DNA of 64,000 nucleotides from contig CM059432.1 of NCBI GenBank assembly GCA_030390025.1, positions 152,646,001 through 152,710,000 of the forward strand, given 5' to 3'. The notes under the pieces are model-generated. The model did no database searches. It was given only the letters and a program-made list of their open reading frames with translations, and had not been told where the DNA came from. Source of the stretch: Squalus acanthias (lineage: Eukaryota). Below are positions 25,261 through 36,600 of the stretch, piece by piece. The number at the start of each line of letters is the position of its first letter. The stretch's first letter is position 1. A program made the position numbers and the translations under genes.

Positions 25261-25734
25261 CATAATTTAATTTGGTTAAAGCTGTTGTAGAACGAAACAA
25301 AATAAGTTAATAAAGGAATGCCTGATTTAACCTGTTTCTACATAGATGTAGTTTAAAAAAAAAACAAAGTCAAAAACAGCTAAAGAATCTTTTTGAGAAA
25401 ACAGAATTTTTAGTGCCACCCACTAGTTTTGCTAATTGAATTGGATATTTCAAAACAAATTTGGGTACGACCGCTGGAGTTTATCCCGATAATATCTTAA
25501 TATTCTACATATTCAGTTTACATTTTATAGACCAGGAATATGTTCACTGGCCAGGTAGTGAACATAAATTAAACGTAGAGCCTGTTTCCCCCATCCCCCC
25601 CCCCCGCCCCCCCCAACAGTGGCACTACTCCCCTGCAGGATGACCAGTGTCCCATGTGGCTTAATTACAGTCACTATAATAGACCATTTCATTTAAGATT
25701 TAATTTGACAATTTATAAACAAATCAAAGAACTA

Positions 25735-26105
25735 AAGCACAGAGCATCATGCCTGTACCTGTGCTAGCCCTTCTGTAGCTCTCTGCTCTAATACCATTTC
25801 CCTGTTGAGACAAATATGAAGCAGTTCTATCTTATTTTGGTTTGATGCATGTCCCCGATTTGAAGGGGCAGCTACCAGACTAAATACAAGACTAAACAGT
25901 TTTGTGTTTGTCACGCCTGTATTTATTTATCCAGTCTCTACTTTAATACCCCAAGCCACTTTGGGTGAAGCATTCCATGGCATAATAAACTACTGTGTGG
26001 AAAAAAAATCTTCTAATTTCCCCCTTCATTCTTCTAGTGATACTAAACCATTTATGGTGATCATTTTAATCAACTCCAGTCTTTTGAGCCCCTTTAAGAT
26101 TTTAC
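25735..26105 (-). mobile_element. Degenerate CR1 3' fragment
   Basis: GCATTCCATGGCATAATAAACTACTGTGTGGAAAAAA is an antisense FFTQ..WNA motif; 3' UTR-like sequence at the left. Confidence 0.5.
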
Positions 26106-27259
26106 TTCAATATGTTTAGGGGTTCAGTGAAATCTTGATACCTTGAGGCTCTAGTCGCTGTATGGAGCTTTGAAACTGAAAATTATTTCCGCGCTGGTTA
26201 TTATTTTTTATTAAAGATCCGCTTCCCTACTGTAACATAACCTCTGAGCAGAAAACCCAGCTTTATTACTCCCAAAAAACTACAAGAAACTCACATGTGT
26301 CAACCATGGATGGTAAAATCCCCCTTCAGTATGTCTTTTATATCGAAGTGGCCTCTTCCTTAAATTGAAAGATTCCTCATTAAACCAAGTTATATCTGGA
26401 TGTAAGTACAAAGATCTTTTCAGCTGAAGGTAGGATCCTGAGATGCTTGTGCCATGTATAGCATCCACGCCCAATTCACTTGCTTATTTGCCTTTTGTAA
26501 GTTTTAAGAGTTTCACAGAAACAAATGTAAGCACTTCTGGGAAAGTATTTGATCATTGAGCTCACTGCATTTTCTCGTATTTGCTTTTCAAAATTGGCTC
26601 GTGAATAGTTTCTTGCGAATGCTAACCTAAACTCCAAGCACATAAAAGGCATTTAGAGCAACAATTGTTCATTTAATTAGTAATTGGACAGTGCAGGATG
26701 GATAAGGCATTGAGATACGTGCACTATTATTGGGAGACGCACACTGAAATACCAGAAATAGAACGTAAGCTCTGATCAGGGAGGCTGTGAGCACAATTAC
26801 TTTTTTTCAAATCCTTCTGTGACACTGCAGGGGGAAAAAGGACTTTGAAACTTGAAAGGCTAGGGTTTGCTTTCAACCTCAAAAGCAAGGAGGAAAGGGC
26901 TCTGAAATTTGCTCAGTACTCCCAATTCACCATTAGCCTGTTTCTTCCTTTAGCCTCAAGGCATTCTCCACTATTTGAAAAGACGTTAAGAAATTCAATC
27001 ACAATAGAAGGCCCAGTTTTGAACATGTTTCAGTTGGTGCATTGAGGTTTGGTCTTCAGGCTTTGTGTGGGGTGAATTGAACTGAGCAACCACTGGAAAG
27101 AGAGAAAAAAAGGTGAATGAGCAGCCTATGTGCAGACACAAATCCTGGCTGCTCTTCCTTGATCTTTGCATATGCAATGTATTGGAGCCTGCTTCTGGCA
27201 GAATGTGAAGCACTGCCCATGCTAAAGTCAATACAGAGCACTTGGTTTACCGCGCAACT

Positions 27260-27620
27260 CTTGTTGAGTTTGTCTTGTAATTGAAGCTGCTGTTGACCCT
27301 TTCTTGGGGACCATTTGTAAAACCATTTATTCTGCATAAACTAAAATAATAAACCTTCTTTCTGTTAGGCCGATTGTGATGGTGTGACATTAGTTTGATT
27401 TAATGATTAGCCGCCTGACCCCTGAGCTCCAGAGAGCTGCTTAAATAGAGAATAAGTTCACTAGAAGGCACACCGGTAGAATACTAATGAGCTGGTTAAA
27501 CTTCGCATGGCACCAATCAGTTTTTTTCCCTGAATTACTCTAATGGGAGAGGCTTTGTATGTGAGAGAGATTACAGAGGATTGCCCTCATGGCCGGATAT
27601 TTTCAAATGAGACTGTGACT
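27260..27620. promoter_or_regulatory. Candidate conserved non-coding enhancer upstream of the GLI3 exon
   Basis: TE-free; clustered TGACA, TGATTTAAT, TGATTAG and CTAATG motifs; position matches known GLI3 intron-2 conserved elements; conservation not tested. Confidence 0.5.
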
Positions 27621-28544
27621 TGCTCAGAGGGAGCCGCGGGTTTTTCTTTCGGACTGAGCTGTGAGTAATGTTGAAGCTTCTAGTCTGTGTCTCCATCAGA
27701 CACCTGTACATGTGCGGGACTGTTGCAAACGAATACTGTTATTTTCTTTTGTGAAATGCGAAGCATCTTGGAGCGAGCGTAGAAGCACACACCTCTTAGA
27801 CAAGTAAGTTCTAGGAATATATATATATATATATTTTATTCCCTCAAGTTTGATTTTTGAGTTTGCAGCTTTTTAAGCTACATGGCTGCTGGTGTTCGGC
27901 GAATTGATAGTCCATGTTAACACTTGAGAGGTTTTAAGTAATTTGTCTTTTTTTTTGCCAAATTGTTATTCCCTCTTATTCTATGATAGTCTTTTCTTCA
28001 GCTCTGGAGCAATAGCAGTTGTTCAGTGTTTGGATGTTTAAGTGTGCTGTCGGGCACTGCTGGAAGAGCTGCTTACATTTCTGCAATGGAATCACACTTG
28101 TTGCCGTGCCATATGGTATGTCTCTCTCACAAAGTTGGCTTGGTGCAGCTTGCTAAATGTGTTGAACAGTTTGGCTCAACAGCACAGTGTGGATGATGTG
28201 CCTGTGCTCTATTCTTGTTAAATGCAGGTTGGTTAGGTTTTTGTGACAGAAGATATTTGTGTACTGCGCAAGATCATTAAATGGCTATGTTTATGCGCAA
28301 AACAAGTGTATGTTTCAGTCAGCCGTTTGGATGTAAAGCTTCGTTTGTGCGAGAATGAAGCCTCAGGGTCCCCAGACAGGGCATTGCTTTGTGTTTTAAA
28401 TTTTTTTTTGCAAGGTGAGAAACGCCTAATCCGTCAAGGGAAGTGATATCGAAAAAAGGAAATGTGGGTAAAAAAGGATGCTTTGACCCGTCACCAACAA
28501 CTGATGAAGAGTGTTTAATATAGCAGAAAGTGGGATTGATTACA

Positions 28545-28606
28545 TTGAATTACACAGGATATACAGCACAGAAACAGGCCATTCGGCCCAACCAGTCCAT
28601 GCCGGC
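28545..28606 (-). mobile_element. CR1 extreme 3'-end fragment
   Basis: ACAGCACAGAAACAGGCCATTCGGCCCAACC hairpin/tail motif. Confidence 0.7.
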
Positions 28607-29337
28607 ATTATGATGTATAGTTGGACTTATCTTTGTTTTTTATCGGACTCCCTCTCTCCCCCTTTTGTTTCTCTCTTGTTACCCACTCATTATAGCTTTT
28701 TGCATCTTCGAGATCTCTTTTTTTTTCCTGTCTCTCCCTTTTATTTCCTCTCCTCCTTCTCTTCCACTTGCTACTTCCTCTTCCCCGCTTTTTCACCTGA
28801 AAGAGATAGTTGTGAAGCCCTTGTTCCTGGTGACATGGTATCAAAGTGGAGCTTATGTGGAAAAGTGCTCCATACTCAGCCAGTGTTACTCATGCTACAT
28901 CTGGGCACCTGACTTATCGGCACTGACACATCTGATTACTGCTGCTGGTATTCCTAATTGTGATGCTAAACTTTATATCTTAACTAGATGTATGCTTTGT
29001 GCTTAATAAAAACCAGCTATTGGGACAGAATGCTTCACTCTGATGTGTTAATGGGATACTTTCCAATGCAAAAATCACTGTATCCAAACTAGTTGAAGTA
29101 GTTCAGCATTCAGCTCCATGTATTATTTCCTTATCATTTGCATACATTCTCCTGCACCAGTTCTAGCTATCGCAGGGGTGGGGGATGGGAATCTTGTAGC
29201 TTTGCAAAGCAGTCTTAATTTTAATAATTGTTGTCATTAACCTTTTTATGATGTTCTGAGCAGACTTTAAGATTTGAATTGACGTAACTCGGCATTTTTT
29301 CCATGTGCCTCATTAAATTTTGATGAAGTTCAGACTG

Positions 29338-29730
29338 GGACACACGGGTGCACACACATGGGCGCACATACAGGCACACGGACACGCAGAAATGCAGACA
29401 CATGCAGGCGCGTCGCTCGCACAGGCAGACAGAGTCACAGAGACGCGCACGGGCAGGCAGACACAGATGCGTACAGCCAAATACGTGCGCACAGTGAGAT
29501 GTGCTCACACAAGCACACACAGTAATGCGCACAGACGTACACAGGCACGTATAGTCAGGCGCACACATGCACGTACAGTCAGATGCACACACGTAAACAG
29601 ATGCCGCAGAGGCACATACAAGCACACACAGTTAGACGCACACACGTACACAGGCATACGCAGTCAGATGTACACACGTAAATAGACGCACTCTCAGACA
29701 TATGGCCAGACACAATCACAGACACACACT
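29338..29730. repeat. Degenerate (CA)n/(CG)-rich low-complexity tract
   Basis: Mostly alternating purine-pyrimidine sequence. Confidence 0.85.
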
Positions 29731-30179
29731 AACCCCGGTTATCCCGAGAAATCAGGATTTGTGCTTCAATAATGACACACGTTTTAAATTCAATAAGAGA
29801 GCTGTTCAAATCTAATAAAATTCAGCTGAATTAGTGATCTGACCTCTTGCTGAAAGAATGAACTTCATTTTGTATTGAGAGGAAGAAGACAATTTGCATT
29901 TTCTAAAGGATCGACTCAATACCTGCCTCAGTCTAGACTTGGTCCAAGTGCAGTGAAATGTAAACTAAAGGTTCTCTTTTCCCTCTCCAGTTGAATGTTG
30001 GTTTAATTTTATTGTAAAGTATATAAAAATCAACAAAAGTGAAGAATATGCTGATGTTGCTTCACAACTGTAGGCAGTAGCAACAATAAAAATAGTTTTT
30101 GCTTCGGTATGTACAGCGGTGTCCGCTTTGAACTAATGCGGTGATACTGATCCTGATTTGGGGTGTTTCTTTCTTCTAG

Positions 30180-30422
30180 AGGATGAACGTCCTGGAACCT
30201 ATCACAGAGAGAGAAGAAATGCAATTGCAATGCAGCCGCGCACTGGTGGGCAAAGCTTGAGTAAAATCGGTGAAGAGCCATCAACTTCCAGTGAAGATAG
30301 AGCTTCTCTAATAAAGAAGGAGATCCATGGATCTTTGTCACATATACCTGAGCCTTCTATCCCATACCGTGGGGCACTTTTTGCTATGGATCCGAGGAAT
30401 GGCTATATGGACCCACATTACC
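30180..30422 (+). CDS. GLI3: GLI family zinc finger 3, internal coding exon (243 bp, phase 1/1; equivalent to human exon 3)
   Basis: [20 protein letters not shown]...[50 protein letters not shown] closely matches the GLI3 N-terminus; acceptor TTTCTTTCTTCTAG (AG 30178-30179) and donor GTAAGT (30423). Confidence 0.97.
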
Positions 30423-30989
30423 GTAAGTACCGCTTCAATACACTTCAGTGTAGATGCCCTCTACTTAAAGATGGTTTTGGCCAGATACCATCTCATTGGT
30501 ATTGCTGTCTGCTAAGTTAGACTACTTGGGGATTGATCCAAGTGACACTGTTGCTGCTTTGGCTGGCCAGGATAGATTGCAGAAGTTCAGGCAATCCTGC
30601 TTAATTCACAAAGGAGGCTCCATTAGATTGAGCTGTTTCAGGTATCCAGTAGACCAACGTGTGCTGTGCGATCAAAGACCATCAGGCCTGCGCCAATTCC
30701 ACCATCTTTCTTTTTAATACACAAATCTTGTCCCAATGTCCAAGAGGCTTTAGGGAACGTAATCAAAGGAGGTGCTTGCAGTCGTGCAGCAATTACAGTT
30801 TGTTGATTTTATTTTTTCTCTGTTAAAATATTTACTGTGTGATTTGGAATAAGTTTCTAAAGCAAACCTAGTTAAATGAAGCCAGCTCAATGTATGTTGA
30901 GGGACAGTTTCATTTAAGTGACAGTCTTGGCTCTTTTCTATTTTATGTCCACTTGTTAAAAGTACTTGGATATGCACTTGTAGTACCGT

Positions 30990-31116
30990 AACCTACAGGG
31001 CTACGGACCAAGAGCTGGAAAGTGGGATTAAGCTGGATAGCTCTTTTTCAGCCGGCACAGACACGATGGGCCGAATGGCCTCCTTCTGTGCCGTATATTT
31101 CTCTGGTTCTCTGGTT
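30990..31116 (+). mobile_element. CR1 3'-end fragment
   Basis: GGCTACGG...ACACGATGGGCCGAATGGCCTCCTTCTGTG plus (TTCTCTGG)2 tail. Confidence 0.8.
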
Positions 31117-32359
31117 AACTTCATGTTTAAAATGTAAGCAACTTCGGTTTTGCTCAAAGTAACCAACTACCCGTTGCAGTGTTTGAATCACACACATTAG
31201 ATTTCCTCATCTCACGGTACGAATATAATTGCTTTGCACAAAGCAGAAATCACGGCTGGTTACAATTTAAATATAAAATGAATATTTAACTCATCTATGA
31301 TAACAAAAATAGATCTGAAATTGGAGTGAGTAGAAGGTTCTTGCTGCTATTTCAAGATGAATTATAGTTAAGCAAATGTTCCTGATAAGTGAATGCAGCT
31401 TTAAGGCAGAGGGGGGCCACTCATTTAATAAGAATTCTCTCTAGTTGTAAATATATGAGGGAGCGGGAGGGCAGCAATGTGATTTGCTGAGATTTGAATG
31501 TTAACGCTTCAGAATTGGAGCGTAGGTAGCTTGTGATGGACATGTTGTTAGTTTAATTGTGAGAATGAAAAAATCCTGATGTTTGACACAGTAACAAAGT
31601 GCTTTTCAACTGGTAATGAGTACATAATGTATAGACTGCACTAATGTGCAGTTTACACACAGGCCATATTAGATTCAATTACATTTTGGTCAGTTTTCAA
31701 CCCCCTTTTTAAACGCTGACATGGTGTGGTTAATGCACTCAAGTTCAGTTTGATTGTGAAATTATTATATTGTCCTTCTGCACCAAGAGCAGCTTAAATG
31801 ATTGTCTTACACACTGGGAGAATGGACCCAAGGAGCACCAAGGAGCTGCATACATGTCCCTCCCCTGACTCCCGCTTGCTTTTCTTACCCTTGCCTTATC
31901 TTTTGCTGCAAGATGCATGGTATTTTAGATCTGTAAAATCATACTAAATCATTCATCACCACTGGGAAAATGGTACCTAAATTATGGTACCTTTTCTGGA
32001 CGGGTCGGTAAAATCTGTAAAGTGTAGGTGCAAAATTTTCTTTCGTATATGTGCCTTGTGGCAAGCTGCCAATAGTGTTAATAGGGGAATTCTAGTCTGA
32101 TGCCTGTGTTCTATGTGGACATTTCAAAAGAGCACTAGTTGGTGGAAATGTGTACAACCTATATCTCTGAATTAATCCTTTAATAGTACTGCTTATTGGG
32201 CAATATAAAACTACCAGTCTTCGAATTAGCTTAAAAGCCATAGAAGTTTACACCACAGAAGGAGGCCATTCAGCCCACCATGACTGTGCTGGCTTCTTTA
32301 CTAACCTGTCCAACGGAAAGGGAGCCGTGAGCGTAATGGATGAGAAGGTGATGCGAGGT

Positions 32360-32900
32360 CCGACGGCATGAATTAGCTTACCACGTGTGGGTGAGATAAT
32401 ATCACTTCTGGTTGTCTATTCCGTATTTGCATGATGATATAGTAATGATGTACTTTCTATGTGTTGTAAGTTGTATCACTTGACTTCAGATGTCAAAGCT
32501 AAATGTGAGGCAGGCATGCTTTTAAGTCTGTCCAGACTGCATTTCTAATCAGCACGTTGAGGCTCACAGAGGGGACTGGTCTGGTGCGTTCTACATTAGC
32601 TGGAAGGTTTAGTATCTGGAGGTGAAAGGTCATTGGACAGATGACTGATTAGCCAAGACAGCTGATTAGTGCAGGTTTTAGCATTAGGAGTGCCGGGGAT
32701 GAAAGCAGGTTTGATTGACTCATTAGCTTGGCAGCAGAGGGGAATGCACACTTTATAGGACTGGATCAAAGAGACTCTAAATCTCAAGTCTGGACATTGG
32801 TTTTGTAGGTCTCGGTACTGAGAGTCAGATGTAGGGCCATTTCTTTCCTCTTATTGGCCCATTATGCATTACACGGGCGATGCCATTATTCTGCAGAGTT
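32360..32900. promoter_or_regulatory. Candidate conserved enhancer downstream of the GLI3 exon
   Basis: TE-free; CAGATG and CAGCTG E-boxes, TGATTAG x2, TGATTGAC and CATTAG x3 in 32590-32730; conservation not tested. Confidence 0.45.
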
Positions 32901-33363
32901 TTATAATTGGGATTCTGGTTAATTTAGAAGGTGTTGTAAGTGGGTTTTCATAAATGAATGACTGGGAGCACAGGTACAAAAAGACCCTTTTTAGAACAGT
33001 TATTACTCTTTGTTTCAAGTTTATTGGGGTCAATCTTAGGATTTAGTGCTGCTGGTGCAGAGCTTAATTTTAAGTGACGGAAAATCATGTGGGCGTGCTG
33101 ACCTCTGTGCCTGAATAGCTGATATATGTTCCTGTCCGGTGAAGCGCTCTGCCAGACAGCTACCCCTTCTGTAAATAAAGATTTTTTTAAAAATAATTTG
33201 TTTTCTCTCCTGAAAGTGGTAACTCTTACTGGCACAGATCCACCAGGACCAGGACCTTGTCCAAGGGGCAGCTCTCCACGTTTGAGCCAAGACAATGAAT
33301 GGTGGCAGGCTCTTTGACCACAGACAGCATCGCAGCCTAGTCCAATGTCCACATGTTTCATAT

Positions 33364-33693
33364 CCCAGCAGAGGCCCATTGACACCCCAGCAGAGGCCCA
33401 TGGACACCCCAGCAGAGGCCCGTGGACACCCCAGCAGAGGCCCGTGGACACCCCAGCAGAGGCCCGTGGACACCCCAGCAGAGGCCCGTGGACACCCCAG
33501 CAGAGGCCCGTGGACACCCCAGCAGAGGCCCATGGACACCCCAGCAGAGGCCCGTGGACACCCCAGCAGAGGCCCATGGACACCCCAGCAGAGGCCCATG
33601 GACACCCCAGCAGAGGCCCATGGACACCCCAGCAGAGGCCCATGGACACCCCAGCAGAGGCCCATGGACACCCCAGCAGAGGCCCATTGACAC
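33364..33693. repeat. 22-bp minisatellite (CCAGCAGAGGCCCRTGGACACC), about 15 copies
   Basis: Unit read directly; explains the 22-aa periodic ORFs on both strands. Confidence 0.95.
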
Positions 33694-36600
33694 TGACTTT
33701 CTTTCTCCTTTAGTGGTCTGTTCTCCTCCCCCTCCCAACATCCCATCTAAGATAAATAAGCTCAGGCCAGATGAGGCATTATACTTGTGACCAGAGTGGG
33801 ATGAATGGCTCAGTCGAGGTGGGCCATTGCGTGGGCAGGGTCTTTTCCAAAAGAAAAGTGTCAGGAGTTCTTTCTCTCTCGATGAACTGTGCTTCCCTCT
33901 GTGTGGGGTCAGCAGAATACAGAGGGACTTCATTATTCAGAACCCAGTTTTTGAATACATTTCTCCTCTGTTTCCAGCAGAACATCCTTTCATAGTCAGA
34001 AGGGCGAGCCTTGGCGAGGCGAACTCCCAAGTGACAACTATTTCACAATTCACCCTAAGTAGAAGCGAGATTAGTCTGTACCTAATCTCGCTATTACCCT
34101 AAATTATTTTGCAATTTAACAGAAAACAAAATCCTTCCTGTTGAATTTTCTGAGCATGCACCTTTAGTTTTAATCACAGACAGCCATAAGATGGTCCCTG
34201 CTGTGATGCTGTGGTTGCCCAGGTTCAGGTACAGGAACAGCTATGTTGGTGAACCTGCTGTGTCTGTTCTTGTGCCTCACGCTGCCACGCCAGGGTAAAG
34301 CGACAGGTGCGAGGAAATGTGCACAGGTGGTACTTGTGTAGCTACACATGCCCTTTTTTAGGTGGTGTTTGTATATTTACACGCATCCCTTTTAAGGTGG
34401 TATTTGTGCATTTACTCATTTTTTAAGGTGGTTTGGGATGTATTTCATTGTCTTCTGTGGCTAAGATGTTTTGGAGAGAGAAGGAGATGCTTCTGTTTTT
34501 CGGAGCAAAATGTCCCATTCTCAACGGATTAAAAATAGGACCTTTTTAATATATTTTTCGTGGTGGCGAGCATGTGCTTTATGGTAAAATAGTTTCCGTT
34601 TTATTGCTTTCTGATATCAATCATGGAAGAGTATTGCCCGCTGGCATTAATTAGTGGGCATTAGTGAAAGCCCTTCCCACATGTGACTGGTCTTAAGCCA
34701 GTCATGTGTAGCTAAGGATATAATGCACAGTGTTAACTCTTGTTCAAACAGGCCAACATATTTTGTGGATTAGCTTTAGTAAAATAACTCCTGAGCAGGC
34801 GGCATCTCACATAAGGGTTTGGTTTCACGCCTGTCAACCTCGGTGCTGTTTAGAAAGAGAGTGAGAGTGTGAAAGATAAGAAGAGGAAGGGTAACGTTTT
34901 GCAGTGACAAATGCATTGGTGACCCTTGACTTTCTGCCGTACCTCTTAAATCTGTCACAGGTGTGTATTATGCCATTCAGACAGTACTGCATTGTTTGCA
35001 AAGAACACTCTCAATTCTGTGACAGGGGTGATTTTTTTCTCTCATGTAATCAGTGTTTGTAGCTAATATGCTAACACCTGCAGGTATAACCACCTGGCTG
35101 TCAGTCCCTGATGTAGTGCTATTTAGAAGTCTGTTGTTGCAGAATTTTTTTGGAGAAATTTGTTGCTAGCTATAGTAAAAATAAATGTGAAAGTAAAGGC
35201 ACTTTTATATATAAGTTGGGATCCCTCAGGAGCTGTGCTCAAAAGGAGACCCACAGCCTCCATGTGCTTCTCTCCCCCTGCTCCAAATCAAGGCTGCAGA
35301 CCCATGATTGATGGCTAAAAAGGAGGGTATTGGCTCCACGCTTGAGTGGAGATCCAACGGCAGCTCATAAGATTTACAAAACTCTTGATCCCTGCTGTCT
35401 GCACTATGTGCTCTAGTTTATGTTCGAGAGCATCATCAATGGGGGGAGCAATGCACACTATGTGCCAATGACACACTTTCACTGTGAAATGCCTTAAGTG
35501 TACAGTTTCATCAGCTCACTCTGCAGATCCTAGGGCAAACTCACTGGCAAAGGACATTTTGGTGCTGATGTGCAAAGCTGTTGAAGTATAGTTCTTTCAT
35601 AGCTGCTCCAAGTGTTGCACACTGCACTACACAACAATCATTTCTCAACACCAATAATCTTCTTTCCATTCCTTGCAAGTGACAGAGTCTCAATTATAAC
35701 AGTCTTTTTGTTTCTTTTTAATGCGATGTCTTATTTTATTTTGTCCATGGAATCTCTCTTTTTTTATTTTCCCCCATCTTTGAGACCCTTTGAAATATGG
35801 GTGACGGTCTAATACAGCCAGGAGGCCAGTATGCTGAACCGAGAAGCATTGGGACGGATAACTGGCTGACCGATTGTATAGCTGGTGATCAGTGCTCTGG
35901 TAGGAAGATTTGGTGAGGAGATTAGTGGTTTAGCAACCAGCGAGGTTTGAGTTGATAAAGTGGGCTCAGGAATGGGGGGTCGGGGTAGAAGAGCTTCCTG
36001 AGTGGGAATCTTGACTGAACTTGGTCAAATTTGCAGTGACCCACTGGAGGAGTAGCAAACAGAATGTCCTTTGGGATAACGTGAAACAAGCAGATTTTGT
36101 CTTTCAAATCTGGAGTTGTATTGCAATTGAGGAGTGGAGGCTATTTAGGAAAGAGGCCAGTCTGTTCAAAAATACGACTGCACTGAAGAGAGTTTAAATG
36201 TTGACAAAAAGGCACCAGCTGTTATGTTTTGATTGTTGATGAGTTTATATATTAGCAAAGTGAATACTGTGAATTTTTTTAGCATGACATTTCTGCAGTC
36301 AAGTTCACTGAAATTTTTAGGCGGTTGTATATCGGAAAGTGAGTCTTGAATGTGATGACAAAGGATCTTCAGGAGCTTCCTGACCAGTGGGAGGATTGTT
36401 ACTTGGCCAGATGAAAGGTCGGCTTGACTTGGTTCATAGCAGGAGTGCTGCTTTTAAAACTATCACCTGACCAAATGAAATCCAACAGACTCAACTACCT
36501 GCAAACCGTGTACTACTTTAATATGTACGCAAGGTATTTTAAATATGGTTATTGGTGGCTTTTAACGAACTTAATAAAAAGATGCATCCCTCTATCTTGT

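Noticed and set aside
29221..29685. Cys/Val-rich and His/Thr-rich ORFs
   Set aside because: Translations of degenerate (CA)n sequence
30158..30520. 120-aa ORF as a standalone gene
   Set aside because: Only 30180-30422 is exonic; the flanks are intron read-through past canonical splice sites
32948..33933. Repeat-protein ORFs or CRISPR-like array
   Set aside because: Head-to-tail 22-bp minisatellite with no unique spacers, open in most frames; eukaryotic context with no cas genes
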